64,000 nucleotides of DNA from Candidatus Atabeyarchaeum deiterrae (GCA_037310415.1 CP147780.1:1632001-1696000), one strand, 5' to 3'; counted from the first letter of the stretch, positions 51,051-62,052 are shown. Translations and numbers: made by a program. Notes: a model not told the origin generated them from the sequence alone.

Positions 51051-51567
51051 ACAATTCAAATCAATTCGATTATCATTCCTCACTCTGACCCGAATAATCC
51101 TGATTTATCTTCATTCGATGTAGGATAATAACCTAATTCATGTTCTTCTCCTAATTTCGAGACAATATCCTCTGCCTCTGGTCTCTCTAAATTCAATTGT
51201 CACACGGCAAAGAGACAGCTTCATCTGTGGGTAGACTCTACCCTCTATACTCCGCTCTCCACTTCGAGACTGGACATCTGGAGGAGAGCGCGCTTGAAGA
51301 GCTTATGCTACAATTGCCGTTCTCAAATCTATCCGTAACACTTAGGTTGTTACGTCGCGGAGGGCGGACTAGAAGAGATGCTTGCAGATGGAATTGTTGG
51401 AATCGAGACTCCACAGCTCGGAGACGGACGCGAAGCGACAGAAGCAAGATTCCGGGAGTTCCGTTTCGGAAACTAGTCGCATAAATGTGAAACCCTGGTT
51501 TCCCAAGTATTCTACCTTTTTGTGTCGCGATACTCATCGATGCCCTTGTTGTCGAACTTTCTTTCTA

Positions 51568-53520
51568 TCAGCTCATTAGATGCTTCTGGAAGAAGTCTTT
51601 GATCTTTGTGTAACAGGTTACTCGGTTCTTATACTTCAAGACATCATGTCCTTCATCCTCGAATAATAGGAAGTCCACGTCTAAGCCCCTTCCCTTCAGT
51701 TTCTCAGCGATCTCAGCAGACTCTTCTTTCAGCACGCGAGGGTCATTCTTACCTTGGATAATGAGCATCGGGCACGAGATATTATCCAAGTAAGTTCGGG
51801 GGGAGCGTTCTATCAGGAAATCACGGTCCTTGTCAGGATGGCCAACTTCGAGGTAGAAGAATGTCTTCCATGATTCCGGTAGCCTGTTAATAAACGCTGG
51901 CAGGTCATAGGGACCGAACATATCACAGGCGGCCTTCCAGAGTTCGGGGTGACGAGATACAAGTGTGAGGGTCATATATCCTCCGTAGGATCTGCCGATA
52001 ACTGCTCTTCTTGAGGAGTCGATTCGTGGATCTGTTTCCAGCGACTTCAGTCCCTCAATCTGATCGAGCCTGTCATTCCCACCATAGTCGTGGTCAACCA
52101 TTTTCATGTATCGCAATCCATATCCGGCGCTGCCCCGGACGTTTGGCACGAAGACAGCGAACCCGTTAAGTGTCAAGTACTGTATTAGGGGCATTGAGAA
52201 CCATGTGAAGTCGGGACGCTCCTGACCTTGTGGTCCTCCATGCACATACAGAACCAGTGGCCTAGGTCCCCGGAAGTCTAGATGCTCAGAAGGCATGTAG
52301 AGGCGCGCTGAGATCCGCAGTCCGTCGAAACTTGTGTAGCTCTTGTCCTCGCCCTCTGAGAGATATTTCTTGTCGATCCCAAGTATACGCTCATTTGACA
52401 GAACCTTGTACTGTCTTTCCTTTTTTGATGTATTGTGGGGGTCGAAGAGATAGAGCTGAGATGGACTGGTGGCTTTTGTGAAGGAGAGGATGTATTCCGC
52501 GTCGGGTTCCCGCTTGCTCTTGTTCAGCTCATATTCCCATTCAAGAACAACGCCATTGGAAACAGGGGGCAGGCCAGATACGACTTGCTCAGCGTCGAAG
52601 TGCAGGCTCTTCTTGGTGGAAAACAGTCCTTCGTAAAGCCATGAGCACCCGTCAATATTGTATTCTAGAATAAATCTGTTTCCATGGATGTGTCGAGTTT
52701 CAACGAGTTCTCCTTTCCCTTCATGTTGGAGCCCTGAGACGGGAACCTCTAGTACTAAGCTGGGGTCGTCCAGCCTAAGATAGCCGAGTCCTGCTTCGTC
52801 GTGGAAGAGAGTTGTTCTGAAGAGAAGTCCCTTGTTATCGTCGGTGAAGTGGCATGCGCCTATGCCCGAAAACTTCACTTGTTGACCGGGTTCACGCTTG
52901 TCGATGGGTGTGCCGTAAAGTAGTTCCCTCTCTGAGGCGCCACGCTTCCAAATAAAAATAACGTTATCTTGAGCCGTGTATTGGTCGACTAGGACAACCT
53001 TGGAATGATCTTTGTTGACTCCATTGAAAAAGTTCCCGTATATGCTCTTACCGAGCGAGTTAGTTTCGAGTGTTCGGAGATTCGTCTGCAAGCATTCTAT
53101 GTCAGGGGTCTTCCTATCATCGCGAAAGAAGTACGCGATATTCTGCTCCACGTCGCAGTGTAGGCAGGCCAATTTCTCTCCCTTGTATTTATCCCCGAAT
53201 ATGGGTTCAGGGATGCCACCTTCTTCTGGGATAAAGGAAGGCTGGTAGTTCTCATTGCCGTTCTCATCAATCATTACTAGTATCTTCTGCAGTTGTGGCA
53301 GCGCATAGAAGACTCTTCCATCCATTAAGTGGGGGTTCTGGAGAGCAAGCCCGCCAGGAAGCAGCGGCTCAGGTATACTGCTATCTTTGCTCATCCGGTA
53401 GAGGCTAATCAGGCCACTCATATCACTCAGGAAGTAGATCCTGTCCCCGCATAATTGAGGAGACACGAGTCGACGAGCTGAAAGCAGAGATTCAATAGGG
53501 AATTTATTTTGGTTTGACAT
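51568..53520 (-). CDS. S9 family (acylaminoacyl/dipeptidyl) peptidase
   Basis: HGGP, GRSYGG, NDPRV, DEGH. Confidence 0.93.
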   Translation of the reverse strand: MSNQNKFPIESLLSARRLVSPQLCGDRIYFLSDMSGLISLYRMSKDSSIPEPLLPGGLALQNPHLMDGRVFYALPQLQKILVMIDENGNENYQPSFIPEEGGIPEPIFGDKYKGEKLACLHCDVEQNIAYFFRDDRKTPDIECLQTNLRTLETNSLGKSIYGNFFNGVNKDHSKVVLVDQYTAQDNVIFIWKRGASERELLYGTPIDKREPGQQVKFSGIGACHFTDDNKGLLFRTTLFHDEAGLGYLRLDDPSLVLEVPVSGLQHEGKGELVETRHIHGNRFILEYNIDGCSWLYEGLFSTKKSLHFDAEQVVSGLPPVSNGVVLEWEYELNKSKREPDAEYILSFTKATSPSQLYLFDPHNTSKKERQYKVLSNERILGIDKKYLSEGEDKSYTSFDGLRISARLYMPSEHLDFRGPRPLVLYVHGGPQGQERPDFTWFSMPLIQYLTLNGFAVFVPNVRGSAGYGLRYMKMVDHDYGGNDRLDQIEGLKSLETDPRIDSSRRAVIGRSYGGYMTLTLVSRHPELWKAACDMFGPYDLPAFINRLPESWKTFFYLEVGHPDKDRDFLIERSPRTYLDNISCPMLIIQGKNDPRVLKEESAEIAEKLKGRGLDVDFLLFEDEGHDVLKYKNRVTCYTKIKDFFQKHLMS

Positions 53521-53599
53521 GGTTAGGATGACACCAGACTTCAGAATGATGGTGCTGTCTCCCCAATACCCAACGGTTCAATATACGTTTTTCGAAAAC

Positions 53600-53761
53600 A
53601 GCGTTCATCTTTCCATCTGGAAGAGGCTCAAGGAAAGAAAGTGGGCGGTAGGTGAGCTCAAGGAATCACTACGCATAGTGATCCTGCCCCACATTGAACG
53701 CGAACATGTGGACGCCTTCCTAACCGACCTGCAAGCGATCCTGGGAGAGTTGAGAGGGTAA
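53600..53761 (+). pseudogene. C-terminal fragment of a PLP decarboxylase (MfnA-like)
   Basis: LKERKWAV...SLRIVILPHIEREHVDAFLTDL; the rest of the gene is absent. Confidence 0.55.
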
Positions 53762-53851
53762 GGCTTCCATGCAAGAGCAAATTCGTATACGTCAGTAGGC
53801 GCGTTTGGCAAGATGAAGGGTTTGAAAGGTCGCACCAAACAACCCCGAGTT

Positions 53852-53885
53852 GCAAGCCCACCAGCTTCAGCGGTGGGTAACTGAC
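53852..53885 (+). mobile_element. IS200/IS605-type end hairpin
   Basis: GCAAGCCCACCAGCTTCAGCGGTGGGTAACTGAC. Confidence 0.65.
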
Positions 53886-54072
53886 AATCCCCGTAATATC
53901 TGTGAACTCGACCACATTGAGGCTCCTACTGGATCCGAATTCCTCAGGCACTGTACTAATACCGCCGAAGAGAATAGTATATGAGAAGTGGCAATCAGTC
54001 TGTTGTTTGACTCGAATTGACCGCCATGAAAGAACGGCAGACAAAGAATACCTACGAGGAAGTGACCTGCTG

Positions 54073-54765
54073 GTGAAGACAGCGGTCTTGTATTCTGGTG
54101 GAAAGGATTCAAACAGAGCGTTGCATTGGTCTCTCAACCAAGGATATGACATCAAATGCCTCGTTACTATGTATCCAAGAACAATGGACTCATTAATGTA
54201 TCATACACCTGCTTTGAATCTCGTCGAACTGCAATCTCAAGCTACGGGAATACCACTTATCAGAGGAAAAACCACCGGGATTACAATTGAAGAAGAAGTC
54301 CAGGATCTCACGAGAGCGCTTAGACCTCTGAATGTGGAGTGTGTTGTGACTGGAGCTCTTGAAAGTGTCTATCAAAAATCTAGAGTCGATCTTGTCTGTG
54401 AGACCCTTGGTTTGAAGGCGTACGCACCATTCTGGCATTGTGATATAGAGAAACACCTCATGCAGACGATTGATCTGGGGTTCGACGTGAGGTTTGTTGG
54501 TGTGGCCGCGTTGGGCTTGGACGAGAACTGGCTTGGAAGGAGACTTGATTATGAAGCGCTCGGTGAGCTCAAGGAGCTCCACAGGAAATACAAGGTCAAC
54601 GTAGGGGGAGAAGGAGGCGAATACGAAACTTTCGCCTGCGATGCACCTATCTTCAGTCACAGGATACAATTCGAAAAGGCAAAGCGAATATGGGACAGGA
54701 AAACGGGAAGCGGTTACCTGGAAATTGCAGAAGCGAAATTGGTCGAGAAGAGCGATCACACTTAA
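54073..54765 (+). CDS. dph6: diphthine--ammonia ligase (diphthamide synthase)
   Basis: SGGKDS, YQKSR, GEGGEYETF. Confidence 0.92.
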   Translation: MKTAVLYSGGKDSNRALHWSLNQGYDIKCLVTMYPRTMDSLMYHTPALNLVELQSQATGIPLIRGKTTGITIEEEVQDLTRALRPLNVECVVTGALESVYQKSRVDLVCETLGLKAYAPFWHCDIEKHLMQTIDLGFDVRFVGVAALGLDENWLGRRLDYEALGELKELHRKYKVNVGGEGGEYETFACDAPIFSHRIQFEKAKRIWDRKTGSGYLEIAEAKLVEKSDHT

Positions 54766-54847
54766 AATCTGGATCTGCTCGGCAAACCCTGGAGATCCAT
54801 TGCTTTACAAATCTGAGACATGAAGACTGAATTCATATCTCAAGAGA

Positions 54848-55393
54848 TTAGATCAAGGTCTTCAAAGCGCCATATGATACTATCTCCGTTATGTCTTCCA
54901 CGAATTTGATGCGCTCTGGGTTTTCGGACGCAAGGGAGCCCTTCAATACCATTGGTCTAAAGTCGTAGTCTTGAGCGCCCCCGTATGTAGACAAGACACA
55001 GAACTCTGCGCAGAACCCCGTCACGATGACAGTGTCAACTCCGAGTTTCCTCAATTTCTCTGCAAGTCCCGTCTTTGTGAAAGAGTTGCCATAAGTCTTC
55101 ACGATGCGCATGTCACCAGGATCAAGCTTGACGCTCTCAGTGAAATCAAAACCTGGCTTCCCTGGTACAAGGCCTTCCTCCTCGCTCTTGTGCTGTATGA
55201 CAACGATGGGAAGATTCTTCCCTCTGAAAAGGTCTATTGCCGCATTTATGTACTCAACGGCCGAGTTCAACGAGTCTAAGCGAATCTGACTTCTGATGGA
55301 AGAAAGTCCTGAGAACGGTTTGAAGAACTCCTTCTGCATATCTATTACGAGCAAGGCTGGTTTCATTAAGTTCACCTTCGTTAAACGCCACAC
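54848..55393 (-). CDS. isochorismatase-family cysteine hydrolase
   Basis: ALLVIDMQ, K, GFCAEFCV. Confidence 0.9.
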   Translation of the reverse strand: MWRLTKVNLMKPALLVIDMQKEFFKPFSGLSSIRSQIRLDSLNSAVEYINAAIDLFRGKNLPIVVIQHKSEEEGLVPGKPGFDFTESVKLDPGDMRIVKTYGNSFTKTGLAEKLRKLGVDTVIVTGFCAEFCVLSTYGGAQDYDFRPMVLKGSLASENPERIKFVEDITEIVSYGALKTLI

Positions 55394-55399
55394 GGATCA

Positions 55400-56662
55400 C
55401 TACTCATAGACCTTCTCGTCTTCCTTGTCCGCTTCAGGCGCATCGTGTTCCACATCTCTGACCTTGTCTTTTCTCTCGGAAAGTTCTTTGTAGTATTCAT
55501 GCTGGATTATGAGGTTCATTATCTCGCTTGTACCTGTCCAAATCAATGCCAACCTTGCATCCCTAAGTAGTCTCTCGATTGGGTAGACGTTTGTATACCC
55601 AATTCCACCTAATACCTGCATGGCGTTGTTCAGTATCTGCCATCCTGCTTCAGTTGCAAACTTCTTAGCTTCGGATGCCAAGCGGCGTTGCAGGCCAGAG
55701 TCCTTCCTCTCGTCAACCGTGCGAGCTGCGGCGTAGACTATCCCCCTAGCTGCGTCAAGTTGCGTGATGGAGTTGGCAACCATGAAACTCACTGCCTCGA
55801 ATTTGTTAATCGGTTTGCCGAATGCCTTTCTTTTCTCGCTGTACCTCGCCGCTATTTCGATTGCTGCCCTGGCTGTTCCAAGCGCTCCTCCAGCGCTAGT
55901 CATTCTCTCAGGTATCATCATCTGCCAGAACACGTCACTAGCGGAGTTCTCTTTCCATAGCAAGTTCTCTTCAGGTACGGCTGCGTTGTCGAATACAAGT
56001 CTCCCAGCTCCTCCACCGCGAGTTCCCATCAAGCCGTAAACATATTCAGCCTTAACGCCGGGTCCTCTGTCAACAAGGAAAGCGCTGAGTGATTCATGAC
56101 CAGGTCCCCCACTTTTTGTCCTTGCATACACGAGGAAGTAGTCTGCTCCCTCCGCGCCAACCACAAACCTTTTCTGACCCTTGAGTATGAAGTTCTTCCC
56201 TTCTCTCCTCGCCATCGTCGTTGATCCGAAGAAGTCTGAGCCTCCTCTTGGCTCGGTCAGCGCTTCGGCGCACATGAGCTTACCTTCAAGAGTAGGTTTA
56301 AGGTATTTCATTTTCTGCTCATTAGTGCCGAACACGTTGAGAGCCTCACCAACTATGATTGGAAGAGAGAATAGACAACCGAGGGATGTTCCGAGTACTC
56401 CGATCTCCTCTAAAGCGATTATGTCGTCAACCCACTTTAGACCCCTGCCGCCATACTTGGACGGAAATCGAAGACCCAAAAGATTTCTTTTTGCAAGCTT
56501 CTGAACATACTCTTTCGGGTACCTGACCCTATCGGCGTCCATGTCAATGAGCAAGCTTCGAGGAACCTCAGTTCTCACGAAGTCTCTTACCTCATCTCTT
56601 AGTTTCATCTGTTCAGGAGTCAGCAGCGCATCAAAAACCATTAACTTCACCCTCCAGCTCAA
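55400..56662 (-). CDS. acyl-CoA dehydrogenase
   Basis: [23 protein letters not shown]. Confidence 0.93.
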   Translation of the reverse strand: MSWRVKLMVFDALLTPEQMKLRDEVRDFVRTEVPRSLLIDMDADRVRYPKEYVQKLAKRNLLGLRFPSKYGGRGLKWVDDIIALEEIGVLGTSLGCLFSLPIIVGEALNVFGTNEQKMKYLKPTLEGKLMCAEALTEPRGGSDFFGSTTMARREGKNFILKGQKRFVVGAEGADYFLVYARTKSGGPGHESLSAFLVDRGPGVKAEYVYGLMGTRGGGAGRLVFDNAAVPEENLLWKENSASDVFWQMMIPERMTSAGGALGTARAAIEIAARYSEKRKAFGKPINKFEAVSFMVANSITQLDAARGIVYAAARTVDERKDSGLQRRLASEAKKFATEAGWQILNNAMQVLGGIGYTNVYPIERLLRDARLALIWTGTSEIMNLIIQHEYYKELSERKDKVRDVEHDAPEADKEDEKVYE

Positions 56663-56697
56663 TGCACAATCTGAATTCAGTTGATGTTGCAGTTATC

Positions 56698-57471
56698 TCA
56701 TTTTTCAATCGCGTCCATAATGCCTCTCAGTAGGTTTTCCCTTTCAACTAGTTGAGCCCCTTGGATATCATCCTTTCTCATGGTAAATCGGCTTCTGATG
56801 ATAATTACTCTGATGCCCAACTGTTGTGGACCAGAAATGTCGGTTTCAGGGTCATCCCCGATGAAAACACTGTTCTCAGGCGGCACTTTCAATAGTCTAC
56901 ATGCCATGCTAAAAGGCTGCATACTAGGCTTGACATCAGAGGTGTCTTCTCCAGCAACCACGATTGCATCGAAGTTTGGGCTTAGGCCTGACATTTCAAT
57001 CCGTTTCGCCTTTAATCCTTTGATTCCATCAGTGTCGCTTATCAGTCCCAGCTTTATTCCTTCAACCTTAAGCGCTTGAAGCATGGATTTGACTCCAGGG
57101 AACAACTCGGTTCCCTTCATCACTACTTCCCAGTGGAGATCTGAAGCATCGCTGAGAATTGACTCAGAGACCCGAACGTTCTTGCCAGCATACTGCCTCA
57201 GGGCCTCCCTCCACCAGAGATTCCTATCATATCCTTTCTTCTTGTGAGACTGCTTCTCGATTCCTGCTATGATTTCAGCCATCGACAGTCTTTCAGACTC
57301 GCGTCCTTGAAGTTTCAGGCGAGCCAGTAGAAGCTCTGAAACCTTCATTTGCGCGCTCTTTCGCGGTGCGTAGGAATCTACGAGTGTGCCGTCGAAATCG
57401 AATATCGCCGCTCTCTCACCAGTCTTATTCGTTGTCATGATTCGGAACTCACCGCTTTTGTTCTTGGTCAC
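56698..57471 (-). CDS. HAD-superfamily hydrolase
   Basis: FDFDGTL, KP, IGDDPETD. Confidence 0.9.
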   Translation of the reverse strand: MTKNKSGEFRIMTTNKTGERAAIFDFDGTLVDSYAPRKSAQMKVSELLLARLKLQGRESERLSMAEIIAGIEKQSHKKKGYDRNLWWREALRQYAGKNVRVSESILSDASDLHWEVVMKGTELFPGVKSMLQALKVEGIKLGLISDTDGIKGLKAKRIEMSGLSPNFDAIVVAGEDTSDVKPSMQPFSMACRLLKVPPENSVFIGDDPETDISGPQQLGIRVIIIRSRFTMRKDDIQGAQLVERENLLRGIMDAIEK

Positions 57472-57666
57472 GATACTTGGGATCCAGAAAAGGGACGCTG
57501 GAGACTAATACCATGACCTCCTAGATTAATAGTGATCATAGACTAAATAATCCTTTTTCAGAGAGCCATTAATTCGAATTCGATTTCAGGTGATCATTCC
57601 GCGAGGACTGCAAGACTCAACCATCCAACCTCATCCTGACCGTAAACGACCGTCTCCGGGGCTTCA

Positions 57667-57945
57667 CTACAAGTCTTGACTCGGTTCCTCATAGACCGAA
57701 CTTTGTGAAGGTACCTTGTCCCCAGGTCTTCTATCTGGGAGTTGCGAGTACCTTCCGTCAGCTGTTCGGTACACAGCGATCCTCGCGACGGATTGCCATT
57801 CTTGGTTTTCGCTGAGACCTCTTATCTCAACTCTTATAATTTCAGCCTTTGGATCACTCTTACCTTGCCAAACTGACAGATTTAGGAATTCACCTGACGG
57901 CAGCCTTGCCGAAAAACGAGCCTTTGGTTGATTGCGTTTCTCCAT
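57667..57945 (-). CDS. small conserved archaeal hypothetical protein
   Basis: Beta-rich LSVWQGKSDP...RIAVYRTADGRYSQLP; SD-like GGGTAAGGG. Confidence 0.65.
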   Translation of the reverse strand: MEKRNQPKARFSARLPSGEFLNLSVWQGKSDPKAEIIRVEIRGLSENQEWQSVARIAVYRTADGRYSQLPDRRPGDKVPSQSSVYEEPSQDL

Positions 57946-58014
57946 TTTTCCCTTACCCCAATCACGCTCATTGAAGATATATTGCCTCGAAACATAGCTA
58001 AGAAGGTTACTGAA

Positions 58015-58329
58015 TCATTCGCTACCGCTTGCCTTCTCCATTAACGAGATGCGAAAGGGATGTAGCTCCGCCGTCATAATCCGCTTCCTAACGGCCGGAT
58101 CGTTCTTCATGAAATATTCCGCCTCTGTTTGCGATTTCGCTCGAAAAATCACAATACCGAACTGCCCATCTAGACACGGTCCAGCCAGAATCACTTTCTT
58201 CTTAGCTATTCCTTTCTGCTGATATTCAAAATGCTCATCGACAATAGCTTCGTCCTCGGGAGACATATTTCCGTATGTATCGGGCTTCACAAGCTTCAAG
58301 AGATAGACGAAAGTGGATATCCCACTCAG
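58015..58329 (-). CDS. YciI/YCII-related protein
   Basis: EHFEY, AGPC, NDPAV, ELHPF; the N-terminal strand FVYLLK implies a CTG start at 58329. Confidence 0.85.
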   Translation of the reverse strand: MSGISTFVYLLKLVKPDTYGNMSPEDEAIVDEHFEYQQKGIAKKKVILAGPCLDGQFGIVIFRAKSQTEAEYFMKNDPAVRKRIMTAELHPFRISLMEKASGSE

Positions 58330-58533
58330 CTAGATCACTCTTCTATTCCCCAAAGGTCAAACTAATTTCTTGGTATACGCTTGGATTGAGTGTTCAACGC
58401 TAGTTCTATTAAAGCTTTTCAGGCAATAAACATCTGGCATTCCTACAGTCCAAAAAACCCTTAATAATGTGACCCATAGTATGGTCTATAAGCGATTCTG
58501 AGATCCCGAAGGGAAACGAGGGCTAAGGGCGAA

Positions 58534-59799
58534 ATGACTCTACTCGTATACAACACGAAGTCCAAGCAAAAGGAGAACTTTGAGCCCCTAGAGGACAATA
58601 GAGTGAAGATGTATGTATGTGGACCGACCGTCTACGATGTTCCACACATAGGACATGGTAGATCATACGTTTTCTTTGACGTTGTCAGAAGATACTTAGA
58701 GTTCCTGGGATACGATGTTACATTGGTCACAAATTTCACGGACACAGAGGCTAGCATCAACAAGCGGGCACATGAACTTGGCAAGAATCCACTGAAACTA
58801 GCAGACGAGATGATCGAGGTTTTCCTGAGAGAAATGGATCGACTTGGCGTCAAGAGAGCCAACTACTATCCTCGCGTAACCCAGCACATAAAGGAAATCA
58901 TCGACATGACTGAGAGACTTATCGAGATGGGCTATGCTTACGTAGTTAATGACGAAGTGTTCTTCGAAGTTCAAAAAACCAGAGGATATGGGACGCTAGT
59001 TGACCTACCTATTGAGGAACTCATAGCCGGTCAGAGCGCAGAGACGGGGGAAACAGAATCAAGCGGGAAACGCAGCTCTCAAGACTTCGCATTGTGGCGA
59101 AAGAGCAAGCCTGGTGAACCGTCATGGAGCAGTCCTTGGGGAGAAGGAAGACCAGGCTGGCATATTGAGTGCTCAGCCATGTCAACTAAGTACCTGGGTT
59201 CCCAGATCGATATTCAGGGTGGTGGAACTGACCTCATATTCCCGCACCATGAAAGCTCGAGCCTCATTTGCCAAACCCTCTTCGGGAAACCCTTCGCGAA
59301 ATACTACATTCACAATGGATTCATAACCGTGAACCGAAAGAAGATGTCAAAGTCACTTGCAAACTTTGTAACTCTCAAAGAGGTCTTGAAGAAATATGAC
59401 CACGAAGTTGTCAGGTTCTTCTTACTTGGCAAACGATACAGGGAGCAGCTTGAGTACGATGATAAAGAGATGGCTAAAGCGGAGACAAATCTTAGAAGAA
59501 TACAGGGAGCGATCAATAAGACGATCAAGACCCCGACAGTCAAGACTGGGAAGGAGTGCATGGAAGCGGAAAAATGTTTGATTAATAGGTTGGTTGAGGC
59601 AAAGAGCAAGTTCATTGAGGCCATGAACGACGACTTCAACACAGAGGAAGCAATAAAGAGACTGCTTAAAGCTTCACAGCACATTGAAGAGTTCACGGAG
59701 ACATGCAAACAATTTACGACTGAAGAAACAGGTGAACAGGCCAAAGCGATATGTAAGCAGTTCAATGATGTGATGGGGGTTTGCAGGAAGCTGAAATAG
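58534..59799 (+). CDS. cysS: cysteinyl-tRNA synthetase-like protein lacking the C-terminal anticodon-binding domain
   Basis: VCGPTVY, HIGH, GWHIECS, FPHHE, KMSKS, MNDDFNT; ends at 421 aa. Confidence 0.85.
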   Translation: MTLLVYNTKSKQKENFEPLEDNRVKMYVCGPTVYDVPHIGHGRSYVFFDVVRRYLEFLGYDVTLVTNFTDTEASINKRAHELGKNPLKLADEMIEVFLREMDRLGVKRANYYPRVTQHIKEIIDMTERLIEMGYAYVVNDEVFFEVQKTRGYGTLVDLPIEELIAGQSAETGETESSGKRSSQDFALWRKSKPGEPSWSSPWGEGRPGWHIECSAMSTKYLGSQIDIQGGGTDLIFPHHESSSLICQTLFGKPFAKYYIHNGFITVNRKKMSKSLANFVTLKEVLKKYDHEVVRFFLLGKRYREQLEYDDKEMAKAETNLRRIQGAINKTIKTPTVKTGKECMEAEKCLINRLVEAKSKFIEAMNDDFNTEEAIKRLLKASQHIEEFTETCKQFTTEETGEQAKAICKQFNDVMGVCRKLK

Positions 59800-60033
59800 C
59801 ATATGCTCGATGGCTAAATCATAGTGAATAGAACCTTGTACTCTTACTCGAAGAAGCTTTGACCTTGTCGGTGGGAACATCATCTTGGCTTCGTCCCCAG
59901 AAAAAAGGGAAGATGATTGAGGTTTCGGCAATCTGAACCTGACCGGAGCATCAGAGATTGTCCCCGCGTCCTGGCGATCTGATCCGAGATTAGCTCCATA
60001 AAGTCCCCATTTCGGAATTCCTGCGCAGGCTTT

Positions 60034-60222
60034 TTAGGCTTCTTTTGTTAGGTCCTTTGTTTGAGCGTTGGCATTCTTCTTAACGGACTCTATGCCTTTG
60101 ATACAGGATTCCTTCCTTTCATAGGCTTCGCCAGTGGCGATTGTCTCGCCATTCGTTGCCTTCAACCTGAACCTGAATTTCCCAGACTTGTCCTTGAAGA
60201 TCTCATAAATAGCTTCTGGCAT
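60034..60222 (-). CDS. YegP/DUF1508 family protein
   Basis: FRFRLKATNGETIATGEAY...GIESVKKNA. Confidence 0.9.
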   Translation of the reverse strand: MPEAIYEIFKDKSGKFRFRLKATNGETIATGEAYERKESCIKGIESVKKNANAQTKDLTKEA

Positions 60223-60498
60223 ATCTAACTCCCCATTCTTTGTGGTTGTTACTCTGTCTGTCCATGTATAAAAATGCTCCCAATCGGGCGGTGTCTAACT
60301 GTCCTGCAAGATGTCTATAAGGGGTTGTGAGAGAATTGCATCTCTACATCCAGAGATACCTCAGTTGACATTTCACGAGGTATCCATATCTTTATAAGCG
60401 ACGTTTCATTTCGCGTGAGTGAAATCTCAGATACAGATGGGAGAAAGCGCACTACTTTTGGCACGACCAGAAGTTCTGGATTTTTGTTTGGTGGAAAT

Positions 60499-61869
60499 AT
60501 GGGCAGGAACGAAAAGCAGCGCGCTACTATTATCGGAGTGGTTGCAGCATCATTTCTGACTGGCATCAAGCTATTTGCGGGCATAATAAGCAACAGCCTC
60601 GCGGTACTGGCTGAAGCCGCGCATTCCGCCCTGGACCTTGCCTCGGCAGGTATTGGTTTCTTCGCTATAAGAGCTTCTGATAGACCCGCAGACTCCGAAC
60701 ACATGTACGGACATGGCAAAGCAGACACAGTGGGGGGATTCTTTGCTGCACTATTGCTGCTCGTAACTTGCGGCTGGATTATGCTTGAAGGAATCAACAG
60801 GCTGCTCTTCTACAGCGTGGTCTTGGATATTACTCTCTTGACGTTTGTCGTGATTGCTGTCTCAATAGCAGTGGATAGTGAGAGAACCTATGTGTTCCGC
60901 AAGATAGGGAAGAAGACAGGCAGCCCGACCATTCAGGGAGAATCCCTGCATTTCGCGAGCGATATCGCAAGCTCAGCGGCCGTACTTGGTGGACTATTCT
61001 TTGTAACCATGGGCTATACGACTATGGATACTTATCTAGCACTGGCAATTGCCGTGTATTTCGGGTATACAAGCTTGCGTCTGATGGCGGCAAGAATCAA
61101 TGATCTTCTGGATAAGACACCAGCTTTGCTTCGCACCCAAGTCGAAGAAGTAGTCAGCAAAGTCAAGGGAGTGAAGAGGTCTGAACGTATTAGAGTTAGG
61201 AAAAGCGGTTCCAAGGTGTTTGTAGACGTGGTGGTGGATGTCGACCCTAGAATGTCCTTTGTTGCCTCCCATTCAATTGGTTCCGCTGTTGAAGATGCTG
61301 TGACAGAGAAGTTCAAAGACAGCGACGTCTTAGTGCATGTCAACCCGACCTCGGGTCGCGAAGATATCCTAGACACGATCAGAAGGATAGCTCTAAATGC
61401 GGGGGCGGAAGGAGCTCACGGAGTGGACATAGAATCCTACGGCAACGATCTGCGTGTTAGCTTACACTTGGAGTTCTCTCCCTCAACCAAGATCGGTGAA
61501 GCGCACAAAATCGCCTCCAATATAGAGACCGAAGTCCGTAAGGCTTTACCTAAGGTTACCGAGGTGACTACTCATATCGAACCAGACGAGCAGGAGGAAG
61601 GCGCGCTCGAGACTGAGAGCAAGGGGGCTGCTGATGAGATCCGCAGAATAGCTATGTCCCAGAGGGGTATAGAGAGTTGCCATAATGTTTTCGTGGCTAA
61701 GGTTGGAAGCGAGTTGCATGTGACTATGCATTGCACATTTGACGAAGGTCTCACAGTAAACAGAGTACACCGGTTAATCTCGGACTTGGAAAAGGAAATA
61801 AAGAGCAACATGAGAGACGTTGGAGATGTAGTAATTCACCCAGAGCCTATCCAGCCAAGGAAAAAGTGA
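60499..61869 (+). CDS. cation diffusion facilitator with three C-terminal dimerisation domains
   Basis: AEAAHSALD, HMYGHGK, HFASD; repeated H..(L/I)E...H.EP modules. Confidence 0.9.
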   Translation: MGRNEKQRATIIGVVAASFLTGIKLFAGIISNSLAVLAEAAHSALDLASAGIGFFAIRASDRPADSEHMYGHGKADTVGGFFAALLLLVTCGWIMLEGINRLLFYSVVLDITLLTFVVIAVSIAVDSERTYVFRKIGKKTGSPTIQGESLHFASDIASSAAVLGGLFFVTMGYTTMDTYLALAIAVYFGYTSLRLMAARINDLLDKTPALLRTQVEEVVSKVKGVKRSERIRVRKSGSKVFVDVVVDVDPRMSFVASHSIGSAVEDAVTEKFKDSDVLVHVNPTSGREDILDTIRRIALNAGAEGAHGVDIESYGNDLRVSLHLEFSPSTKIGEAHKIASNIETEVRKALPKVTEVTTHIEPDEQEEGALETESKGAADEIRRIAMSQRGIESCHNVFVAKVGSELHVTMHCTFDEGLTVNRVHRLISDLEKEIKSNMRDVGDVVIHPEPIQPRKK

Positions 61870-62052
61870 TCTACCCAACGAATAGAGAAACAACTTCTAT
61901 AGACCTAGAGGATCTGGCTCTGATGGTGGCTCTATTCTACTCAGCATTCTATTCTAGCGGAAAAGCGCAAGGCATGCCGTTGGATAGACTTATATGAGCA
62001 GAGTGGCGCACTCAGTTGAACGCTGTAAACGGATCATGTTTGGTTAACAATT

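Noticed and set aside
51130-51560. Non-coding stretch with short ORFs and hairpins (possible intron or ncRNA)
   Set aside because: No recognisable protein or RNA family motif
59910-59998. Hairpins with TGA/GA pairs downstream of cysS (SECIS- or C/D-like)
   Set aside because: No gene with an in-frame TGA at a Cys position was seen, and the motifs are imperfect
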